DNA of 15,310 bases from an uncultured archaeon (GCA_964430885.1 CAYSHM010000037.1:1-15310), one strand, 5' to 3'. Positions 7,801 to 15,310 are shown, counted from the first letter of the stretch. Program-made: numbers and translations. The notes: generated by a model not told the origin, from the letters alone.

Positions 7801-10800
7801 TCACTGCTCTATCTGCACCTCAAAGAGCTCGTTGTCCTTGGTCTTCAGTGCGAAGTAGTATCCAGCTCTGGCCTCACCGGGATCGGGAGTACCGTCGTAG
7901 TTCTCATGGTCCTCGCTCTTGATGATGAACCGGTCACCCGTGGACAGATATCCGTCATGGTCGCCGTCATGGAAGGACACGATTGTCTCGTTGTCGATGG
8001 ACTTGCCGTAGATGGCTGTCACCTTGTGCTGACCCATGCTTTTATCGACCTTGTTCCCGTCCATTAATGAGAACTCCAGGTCCTCAACCGAGAATTCTTT
8101 ATCTTTCACGTTCTCGATGATGAGCTGGTAGTCGTTCTGAAGTGTTGGGCTTTCCCAAGCGGTATCAACATACTCGATATCGTTGCTCTTCTGCGTATCC
8201 ACAAGTCCCGATACCCAGAGCCAGAGAACACCGGCAAGGACGATGGTTATGGCAACCATGAGAATGATGGCAATGACAGGTGAAACACCGTCCTTGTCTT
8301 TCTTTCTCTTCCGTCCCTTTTCATCGCCCCAGGAATAGAGGCTGGCTATGACCGCTCCGGCAAGGAGGGCCAGAACCATTATTGTCATTCCTGGAGCAAA
8401 TGACGGAGTCTCGGATGCAGGTGGAGCAGCCACAGCGTGGAGCTCTATGAGTGTGGAATCATCTTCTTCGTTCCACTGGAAATCACCCATGTCAGCTCCG
8501 CCTGCAATATCGACGATCTCGACCTTGAGGTAGTTAAGGTTGTCAGAGTTGACATTGTCGTAGTTCAGAGCACCTGCCATGCTTTCAAATGGTATAAGAG
8601 CGCTGTATTCTCGCACCCCTTCCTGATTGGAATGCAGATAGAGAAGTCTGAAGGTACCATTGGGTGCCCCGCTGGTGTGAATAACATGTCCGGGTCCTTC
8701 TTCATTGCCATCCAAATTGACCTCATGATAAACTGTGCATTTCACGAGTAGCTGAAGATTGTCTGGGAAAGAATCCTCAGGGGTCTTGTAATGAACAGGC
8801 ACACGCAGTTCATAAGGTGTATCCAATAAGAATTCTGTGGCACTCAGCTCTTCCCTGACTAGCCAAACATTCAGACGGTTGTAGACCCTGACGGGAATCT
8901 CGAGAGTTACTTCACCATCAAGGAATTCATCTACATCAACGGCAGTAACGATCACATTACCATTGAGGAATGAATACTCTCCTTCCAGAACTCCATGCGA
9001 ATCCTCTAAACTGAAGAAATCCACAGCCTGGAATACATTATCGTCCATCATTCCAATTATTTCATCAGCATCCCATTCGGTGATCTCAAGGTCCGTTACC
9101 GGATTACCCCATTCATCAAAACCTACCACATCGAAACTCTGACTTCCACTGACTGGTATCAACAGCCTCCCGTCTGCGGCATTCTGGACATCTAGTATCG
9201 AAGGATCGGGGATTGGCGTCAATTCTGCCAAGGGTCCTGCTCTAACTTCCATTTCCAGCTTACCATTTATAGCATGGTTGATTCCTGATTTCATAGAAAT
9301 ATCCAGCGCATCAGTTGCCTGGTAGAATATGAATTCGGTCAACTGATCCGCCGGCAGCACTTCGCCATCAACCATTTCCATAATGATGTTGGAAGGTGAG
9401 CTTTGCCACGGTTGAGGTTCAAGGATACCGGTAGCCCCGGAATTATGTTCCACTATTATCGGTGCGTCATAGGATGAAGAGACGTGGTCGCCCTGATCCA
9501 CAGCCAGAACATCCAGATAAAGGGTTTCTCCGGCATAGATATAGTTATCAGGTCTCGGAGCAACCCCCATCTCATCCCAATCGGGTGTAACGATCAAATG
9601 ATGAACCGGTCCTGCATCAACCACCAAGGATACATCAGCACTTAAACCTGCGATGGTTTCGAAGTGGATAATGGTATCCCCGTCACCCATGTATGTCCAC
9701 GGTGTGATAAAGAAGGTATGCAGAGCTCTATCCGCTGGCGTGAACTCGTAGTATAACCATCCATCATGGGATCCACCGTCGTCCTCTATTTCTACCTCTT
9801 CAGAGAAATCTACTTCACCTGCATCTAACCGGATGTACATCTTACCCGTCCAGTCCACAGCTTCATTTCCGTAATCATCCTGCACAGCAATGGTAAGAAT
9901 ATCAGTCATACTGTACATATATGAATCCAGTGGGGTTACGATTGCTGTAGAAGCAGGACCTGATGTCAGGGTGATTGGTAGAACAAAGGTATCCCCTGTT
10001 CCTCTGGCAGCTCCATGGGTTACTGTAATTGTACCAGTGTCACCAGGTTCTCCACCATTGATATTCAGGATCTTCTGGTGACTGGAAGCAGTGTCCATGA
10101 GTTCATAGCTGTCAACTGTGGGTAGATCTACCTGCCAGCCATGGTATTGCTGGGCCGGCATTTCTCCAGCGGGATCCAGATCATCATATGCCACAAGGGT
10201 GATGAGGTTCTCTTCACCTGGAACTTGTCCATGATTATTAGCTATGAAAGTAGAATCCTCACTGAACTCAGCATACGAGAATTCCTGAATTCTTAGGTAA
10301 GGAGATTCGAGATCCATATCGACTATCTCATTATCCCATGAGATATATTGGAGATTGAAATCGCCGATTTCTCCCGCAAAACCCACGGGAGAAGAAATGG
10401 TGAAAACTATCTCGAACTCATCGCCCATGAACACCGCATCGTCCTCAGGATATTCATCTGCAGAAGACCAGGTGATCTGGGTTATTCCGGGATCATTGTC
10501 CAATACAATTCCATCGGCTCTATCGTAGGTGAACCTAACCTCATTGGCTACGGGATCACCGCCTCCAAGGTAGGTGAACTTGACATTTCCGTGACCATTG
10601 TTTGTTCCCTCGAGATTTTCCTGGTTCTCTCCATCGTTGTAGGAACCTCCTCCTCCTCCGCCAGTGCTGGACCAATCAACAGTTCCGGTTCCACCGGAAT
10701 AACCACCGCCCCCAGCTCCACCACCGCAGTTACCATGGGTTCCTCCCCCACCGCCGAATCCGCCCCAGGCACCGCAATAGTTCTGGTTTCCTCCGACTCC

Positions 10801-13800
10801 ACCCTGCATATATCCTTGACCTGCACTTCCATAAGAATTCTGACCACTGCTGAAGAAACCACCGCCACCACTTCCTGAGTTGCCTGTTTGAATCTGGCCA
10901 CCTTGTCCGTCACATCTCGTCATAATACCTGTGGAGCAAGTTGTTGCGGATCCGGGATATCCGTTTCCTCCTCCATATGCATTGGATCCTCCACCGCCTC
11001 CTGCGATAAGCAGGGGTGTGTTATCATTCCTAACAACATAGGAACCGCCTCCAGCTCCCGGACATGTACAGGCATTGCCACCCATCTGTCCGACAAGCAC
11101 ATTAATTATATCTCCAGCTTCAAATTCGAACTCTCCCAGGATACTGGCCCCGTTGCCACCTGTTTGATTGCCGTTACCGGCTTTAGCTCCTAGAGCGTGT
11201 ACTTGGTATATTCCTGCATCAGGTACCATCCACTGCTGTATTCCGTTTCCAATACGAGTAACAATTCCATCCAAGGCTGAACCGGAATAGGCGGAATTGA
11301 TCTGAGCCTGACTTGGGCCGTATCTTCCGGTTTGTCCGCAGTTAGTAAATTCGTAAACCACAGGATCAGCTCGTGTTTCGCCTTCAGCTGGTGCACCGCC
11401 CAATCCATCAATACTGATTGTAACTGTTGCTACGTCCGGTTCACCCTGCCCTTCAGCATAAATTCTGAATGGGTCCTCAGGATCTGTTTCCATCTCAACA
11501 CTTAGGTACGGCACCTCAAAGATGAACTCTACTTCGGGGTTTGCCCTGAGTGTGATCTCATCCCATAGTATGGTCTCATCAGGGAAAGCACCGCTCCCGT
11601 ACTGCATGAATCTAATATACAGGTCTTCCTGAGAATCAACACTGTTTACAGGCAGTGCTGAAAGGAGATCGAGATCCTCATGCATACTCCAGCCATCTGG
11701 ACTGACTGGTGACCAGACCTTGTACCAGTTCATTCCATTGGTACTGACTGCTACACCGTCATATGTCATTTCATCGCCATTGCTGAAGACAGGGGGCATG
11801 GGATCGCAGTTACCGTAAATGGCTGCTGCGAAATCAAGTGTCAGGTCAGTTACATCCTCTTCACCAGCATCAAGACCTATATGAAGAGTTAGTTCATTGA
11901 GATTAGTATCTCTTACCGGTACCGGATTGTCCATCACCCAGCAATAAGGTCCCCTGTCCTCCTCTTCATAGGCATCAAATCCTGGGTCTTCCAAATCTTG
12001 ATACTGGGTTATGGTTACTTGTCCATGTCCTGAATTTGTATTTGCTGTATTTGACTGATTATCGCCGATATTATAGGAGCCCGCCCCTCCTCCGGGCCTA
12101 TGGTTGGAGTGATCATAGGACCCACCGCCACCACCGGAATAACCACCGCCGCCACCGCCGCCGCAGTTCCAGGATCGAGTGGCACCGCCCCCGCCAAACC
12201 CACCGTCAGAATTTCCATAACCGCCAGCTCCACCGTTGAGGAAACTGTCCCCGCCGCTTCCTGCCCATAGCGTACCGCTTCCGCCAGCATTGCTGCCATT
12301 CACACATCCATTTCCTCCAGCTCCACCAACACCACCGTACGATTGATTGCGCAGGTCCCCTCCGTCTCCGCAGAAACCAGCACCGCCAGCTCCTGCACCC
12401 TGACTACCTCCACCTCCGCCGCCGCCGTTATCTCCTCCCTTACCGCTATAATACTGATTTCCTGGCGGGGTACCACCAGATGTGGTTATCCTGCCGCCTT
12501 CTGCAGTACCTCCTCCGCAGCAGGCACCGCCTCCTCCTCCAGCAATGAGGAGTTTGGTATCATCAGACATAATGATATATGTGCCTCCTCCGCCTCCAGA
12601 AGCGTTTCCGCCGGTTCCACCTTGCTGTCCAACCAGTACCTTGATGACGTCCCCTTCATTCAGGTCAAATTCACCGCTCATAAAGGCACCGTTGCCGCCC
12701 TGGTAATTGCTGTAATTGCCACCTTTAGCTCCCCAAGCTTCTATTGTGTAGGTGGCAGTTGAAGGTATGGTGAATTCCTGAATTCCCTGCTGATTCACTG
12801 TAATGTTCCCCTCAAGATTTGATCCAATATAAGCTGTGTTCACATTAGCCTGTGTGGGACCGTATCTTCCAGTTGACCCGCAGTTTGTGAAATTATATTC
12901 GCCTACGACTATTACACCAGCTTCTGTGATGGCTCTCTCATTTCTTGCGCTCTCCAGTTCACTATCTCTTCTCCAAGCAGGTCCGAATTCTGAAGCATCG
13001 GCACCGAAAAGAGCTTCGGAAAATGTTTCATGATAAAATCTAGCAAGCGCTACCGGTGCTACAGCGATTATCACCTTTCCATGGTCTTCATTGGCTCCAG
13101 TTTGGTTATCTTGGTTGTCACCGTCGTTATAGGATCCTCCCCCCCCTCCATTACCCCAAGTGGCATCATGATAACCACCAGCTCCACCGGAATACCCGCC
13201 GCCTCCTCCGCCGCCTCCTGAATTACCATGGGTTCCACCGCCCCCTCCAAATCCGCCTCTGGCGCAGTAACTTGTATTTCCTCCATTACCGCCATTTGTA
13301 AAAGAAACACCTGGTGAACCATAAGAACCATTACCGCCATTTCCAGTAAGACCACCTCCACCGCAGGCCCCACCGCCTGTATCACCCTGCCCTCCTCCTC
13401 CGTTTGATCCGCCGTTCCTTCTATTAGTACTCTGACCATTTTCTTCTGTTGTGCCATGCTGATATGATTGAATGGAACCTTCCCATTGACCCCCACCACC
13501 GCCACCGGCAATGATCAGAGGCGTGTTGTCATTCAAAGTGACATATGATCCGCCACCCCCACCGCCGGAACCATAGCAGCTTTCACCTTGCTGGCCTACT
13601 AAAATCTTAAGTACGGTGCCTTCTTCAAGATAAAAATCGCCCTGCATATTGGCGCCTTTACCACCGTTGTCATAATTATCATCATGGCCAGCTTCCGCAC
13701 CGTAAGCTGTAATAGTGTATGTATTGGTTGAAGGAACTGTCCATCGCTGGATTCCATTATTTACCCATGTGACCTGACCCGCAAGATTGGTTCCTGAATA

Positions 13801-15054
13801 CTCTGAATTGATCTGTCCTTGATTAGGTCCGTACTGTCCGGTCCTTCCGCAATTTGTGAATTCATATGATTCGCCGGTTCCTTCCTCATATTCCATTCCG
13901 TATTCAGAACTGCCGGCTCCTTCAACAAAAGTGATCTTTACATATCCATGGTTATTATTTACACCTGCTTCAGTGGTACCATTTTCAACCCCATCTATGT
14001 AGGACGATCCCCCGCCACCTGATCCTCCCCAACCGCTTCCGTGTCTCTGGGATGACCCCGCACCGCCTCCGTACCATCCACCACCGCCTCCTGCTGTTCC
14101 GCAGTGGTAGTCTCCGCCTGCGCCGTCACCGCCTTTTCCGAAAGTCCCGGCTTCACCAGTGGAATACATATTGCCTCCTCCAGCACCACCTGCGTTCTGA
14201 GTTGCACCTTTTCCATTCCAGTTACGGCCGCCACTTCCATCAAGACCGTTCAAACCGCCTCCGCTGCCTCCATTAGATGTGGAACATCCGGCAGCCCCAC
14301 CACCCCCTGCACCGACGATTATTCTTGAAGGATTCTGGGCAGTTCCGATTTGCTGGGATAATCTGACGTCGGAAGCCCCACCACCGCTGGCCCTGTCCCT
14401 GCCTCCCCAACCATCTCCTCCACCATTGAAACCGCCATAGGTTATACCGCAGCAGTAATTTGGTCCAGTAAGCCCTCTTTGGCCCACAGCTATATAGATT
14501 GTATCGCCTTTGGTAAATTCATAATCTCCCTCGGCCCTACCGCCACTGCCAGGGGTTCCGGAATCATCTCCACCAATAGCGCCGACAGCTTCAATGTGAT
14601 AAATACCGTTCACAGGAATATCCCATTCCTGTAATCCGCTGACAGACGTTACTGAGCCATCCAGATTTGATCCTGAATAAGCAGAATTAATTTGACCCTG
14701 ATTAGGACCGTTCTGCCCGGTGGCACCGCAGTTAGTGAAGGAAAAAACCTCTCCTTCATCCACTCCTGCTCTGGTTCTCTCTTTTTGTTCGGACTCTGTT
14801 TTTATTTCAGAACCAATAGTATACAGATTAGAACCTATAGCTCCTATACTTCCGTCAGAAAATTTAGCAGCCATACCATAGCTCATGGTCTGGGCATCTA
14901 CCGTTTTTTCGTTCTGGTGGGGAAGGAAAACCACTTCCTCTACCGTTACATTCTCCGTGTTATCGCTTTCAAAAAGCGTACCTACCAGCAGTGCTAATCC
15001 TGTGAGGATCAAGGCACTGATTGCAAGTATCAATATCAATTTTTTCATGTTCAT
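7801..15054 (-). CDS. Giant surface protein with four ALK/LTK-like glycine-rich domains, a PGF-CTERM-like TM and a C-terminal archaeal type IV pilin
   Basis: 2417-aa ORF. N-terminal signal MNMKKLILILAISALILTGLALLVG with AGGAG 8 nt upstream. Four FTNCG.TG..GP.Q...HG.V modules. TPSFAPGMTIMVLALLAGAVIASLYSW-GDEKGRKRKKDKDG-VSPVIAIILMVAITIVLAGVLWLWV near the C-terminus. Confidence 0.9.
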   Translation of the reverse strand: MNMKKLILILAISALILTGLALLVGTLFESDNTENVTVEEVVFLPHQNEKTVDAQTMSYGMAAKFSDGSIGAIGSNLYTIGSEIKTESEQKERTRAGVDEGEVFSFTNCGATGQNGPNQGQINSAYSGSNLDGSVTSVSGLQEWDIPVNGIYHIEAVGAIGGDDSGTPGSGGRAEGDYEFTKGDTIYIAVGQRGLTGPNYCCGITYGGFNGGGDGWGGRDRASGGGASDVRLSQQIGTAQNPSRIIVGAGGGGAAGCSTSNGGSGGGLNGLDGSGGRNWNGKGATQNAGGAGGGNMYSTGEAGTFGKGGDGAGGDYHCGTAGGGGGWYGGGAGSSQRHGSGWGGSGGGGSSYIDGVENGTTEAGVNNNHGYVKITFVEGAGSSEYGMEYEEGTGESYEFTNCGRTGQYGPNQGQINSEYSGTNLAGQVTWVNNGIQRWTVPSTNTYTITAYGAEAGHDDNYDNGGKGANMQGDFYLEEGTVLKILVGQQGESCYGSGGGGGGSYVTLNDNTPLIIAGGGGGGQWEGSIQSYQHGTTEENGQSTNRRNGGSNGGGGQGDTGGGACGGGGLTGNGGNGSYGSPGVSFTNGGNGGNTSYCARGGFGGGGGTHGNSGGGGGGGGYSGGAGGYHDATWGNGGGGGSYNDGDNQDNQTGANEDHGKVIIAVAPVALARFYHETFSEALFGADASEFGPAWRRDSELESARNERAITEAGVIVVGEYNFTNCGSTGRYGPTQANVNTAYIGSNLEGNITVNQQGIQEFTIPSTATYTIEAWGAKGGNYSNYQGGNGAFMSGEFDLNEGDVIKVLVGQQGGTGGNASGGGGGTYIIMSDDTKLLIAGGGGGACCGGGTAEGGRITTSGGTPPGNQYYSGKGGDNGGGGGGGSQGAGAGGAGFCGDGGDLRNQSYGGVGGAGGNGCVNGSNAGGSGTLWAGSGGDSFLNGGAGGYGNSDGGFGGGGATRSWNCGGGGGGGYSGGGGGSYDHSNHRPGGGAGSYNIGDNQSNTANTNSGHGQVTITQYQDLEDPGFDAYEEEDRGPYCWVMDNPVPVRDTNLNELTLHIGLDAGEEDVTDLTLDFAAAIYGNCDPMPPVFSNGDEMTYDGVAVSTNGMNWYKVWSPVSPDGWSMHEDLDLLSALPVNSVDSQEDLYIRFMQYGSGAFPDETILWDEITLRANPEVEFIFEVPYLSVEMETDPEDPFRIYAEGQGEPDVATVTISIDGLGGAPAEGETRADPVVYEFTNCGQTGRYGPSQAQINSAYSGSALDGIVTRIGNGIQQWMVPDAGIYQVHALGAKAGNGNQTGGNGASILGEFEFEAGDIINVLVGQMGGNACTCPGAGGGSYVVRNDNTPLLIAGGGGGSNAYGGGNGYPGSATTCSTGIMTRCDGQGGQIQTGNSGSGGGGFFSSGQNSYGSAGQGYMQGGVGGNQNYCGAWGGFGGGGGTHGNCGGGAGGGGYSGGTGTVDWSSTGGGGGGSYNDGENQENLEGTNNGHGNVKFTYLGGGDPVANEVRFTYDRADGIVLDNDPGITQITWSSADEYPEDDAVFMGDEFEIVFTISSPVGFAGEIGDFNLQYISWDNEIVDMDLESPYLRIQEFSYAEFSEDSTFIANNHGQVPGEENLITLVAYDDLDPAGEMPAQQYHGWQVDLPTVDSYELMDTASSHQKILNINGGEPGDTGTITVTHGAARGTGDTFVLPITLTSGPASTAIVTPLDSYMYSMTDILTIAVQDDYGNEAVDWTGKMYIRLDAGEVDFSEEVEIEDDGGSHDGWLYYEFTPADRALHTFFITPWTYMGDGDTIIHFETIAGLSADVSLVVDAGPVHHLIVTPDWDEMGVAPRPDNYIYAGETLYLDVLAVDQGDHVSSSYDAPIIVEHNSGATGILEPQPWQSSPSNIIMEMVDGEVLPADQLTEFIFYQATDALDISMKSGINHAINGKLEMEVRAGPLAELTPIPDPSILDVQNAADGRLLIPVSGSQSFDVVGFDEWGNPVTDLEITEWDADEIIGMMDDNVFQAVDFFSLEDSHGVLEGEYSFLNGNVIVTAVDVDEFLDGEVTLEIPVRVYNRLNVWLVREELSATEFLLDTPYELRVPVHYKTPEDSFPDNLQLLVKCTVYHEVNLDGNEEGPGHVIHTSGAPNGTFRLLYLHSNQEGVREYSALIPFESMAGALNYDNVNSDNLNYLKVEIVDIAGGADMGDFQWNEEDDSTLIELHAVAAPPASETPSFAPGMTIMVLALLAGAVIASLYSWGDEKGRKRKKDKDGVSPVIAIILMVAITIVLAGVLWLWVSGLVDTQKSNDIEYVDTAWESPTLQNDYQLIIENVKDKEFSVEDLEFSLMDGNKVDKSMGQHKVTAIYGKSIDNETIVSFHDGDHDGYLSTGDRFIIKSEDHENYDGTPDPGEARAGYYFALKTKDNELFEVQIEQ
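7804..8286 (-). other. Archaeal type IV pilin domain (Pilin_N/DUF1628-like N-terminus), predicted mature length 161 aa, fused at the C-terminus of the 2417-aa protein
   Basis: G|VSPVIAIILMVAITIVLAGVLWLWVSGL matches the euryarchaeal pilin H-domain consensus ([22 protein letters not shown]). The downstream D.DHDGYLSTGDRF motif resembles the globular domains of such pilins. Confidence 0.85.
10567..14748 (-). repeat. Four glycine-rich modules (~264-299 aa) resembling the ALK/LTK TNF-like + glycine-rich supradomain (PF12810-like)
   Basis: Modules at ~13924-14748, ~13060-13869, ~12004-12900 and ~10567-11358. Each starts FTNCG.TG..GP.Q...N..Y.G, has G.Q....P....Y...A.GA..G, VGQ.G, GGGG runs and GGGG(Y/W), and ends HG.V. 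Confidence 0.85.
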
Positions 15055-15061
15055 GTTAGTA

Positions 15062-15070
15062 TCTCCTTTT
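15062..15070 (-). promoter_or_regulatory. Shine-Dalgarno site
   Basis: Minus strand AAAAGGAGA-TACTAAC-ATG (start codon 15054). Confidence 0.65.
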
Positions 15071-15140
15071 CTTTTTCAGATTGTTTCACTTCAGCTTTCA
15101 TTTACAGCAGCCGGAGTAAAATATCTAGAATCACAGGATT

Positions 15141-15155
15141 ATTTATAATTTGTTA
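15141..15155 (-). promoter_or_regulatory. Candidate archaeal BRE/TATA box for the 2417-aa gene
   Basis: Minus strand TAACAAA-TTATAAAT about 90 nt upstream of the ATG, just after the paralog terminator. Confidence 0.5.
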
Positions 15156-15160
15156 GAATA

Positions 15161-15193
15161 AAAAATAAAAAAAAAAGGGACCCTGAGGGCCCC
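15161..15193 (-). terminator. Hairpin plus T-tract terminator for the upstream paralog
   Basis: Minus strand GGGGCCC-TCA-GGGTCCC (7-bp stem, one G:U) followed by T10-A-T5, ~55 nt after the stop at 15249. Confidence 0.75.
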
Positions 15194-15248
15194 AGATGGA
15201 AAAACCATCCATTTCTTCAATAAAAACATTGATTAATCCATGTTTGCT

Positions 15249-15310
15249 TCACTGCTCGATCTGGACCTCAAAGAGCTCGTTGTCCTTTGTCTTCAGAGCG
15301 AAGTAGTATC
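15249..15310 (-). CDS. 3' end of an upstream paralog carrying the same pilin C-terminus (partial, runs off window)
   Basis: Reads (G)YYFALKTKDNELFEVQIEQ-stop, identical to the end of 7801..15054. 58/62 nt match 7801..7862 and all four differences are synonymous third positions. Followed by a hairpin/poly-T terminator. Confidence 0.85.
   Translation of the reverse strand, partial: YYFALKTKDNELFEVQIEQ

Noticed and set aside
7801-8388. Pilin as an independent gene starting at an internal Met (MTIMVLALL)
   Set aside because: No stop separates it from the upstream frame and no clear RBS or promoter is visible; those Met residues fall in the anchor helix. Internal initiation cannot be fully excluded.
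10580-14450. CCG/CCA/CCT-rich runs as microsatellites or CRISPR repeats
   Set aside because: They are mixed glycine codons on the minus strand, with no fixed repeat-spacer period.
7741-15148. Short plus-strand and alternative-frame ORFs overlapping gene 3 (e.g. 7741-8067, 10348-10878, 13071-13511)
   Set aside because: Expected by-products of stop-poor Gly-codon and high-GC3 sequence; no independent coding evidence.
7801-15310. Diversity-generating retroelement TR/VR pair (7801-7862 vs 15249-15310)
   Set aside because: Mismatches are not adenine-specific in either copy (one is G/C), all are synonymous, and no reverse transcriptase is in the window. A paralog explains it better.

Overview
The window holds three long genes and the 3' tip of a fourth. 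It looks archaeal, most likely Thermoplasmata-like (inferred from an archaeal class III pilin motif, a PGF-CTERM-like signal, TATA-type promoters and the NosD/PKD surface-protein architecture). (1) 321..6794 (+): 2157-aa membrane-anchored surface protein with a parallel beta-helix interrupted by two jelly-roll domains, Ig-like and PKD repeats, one TM helix and a very acidic tail. (2) 6945..7712 (+): calcineurin-like metallophosphoesterase. (3) 7801..15054 (-): 2417-aa protein with four ALK/LTK-like glycine-rich modules, a stalk, a PSF-TM-basic sorting-like signal and then, in frame, a complete archaeal type IV pilin with an internal class III signal peptide. (4) 15249..15310 (-): last codons of an upstream paralog ending in the same pilin C-terminal peptide, with only synonymous changes. 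The most interesting signal is a candidate adhesin-pilin polyprotein encoded by tandem paralogs that share a pilin end. All family assignments are by motif recognition; no searches were run.
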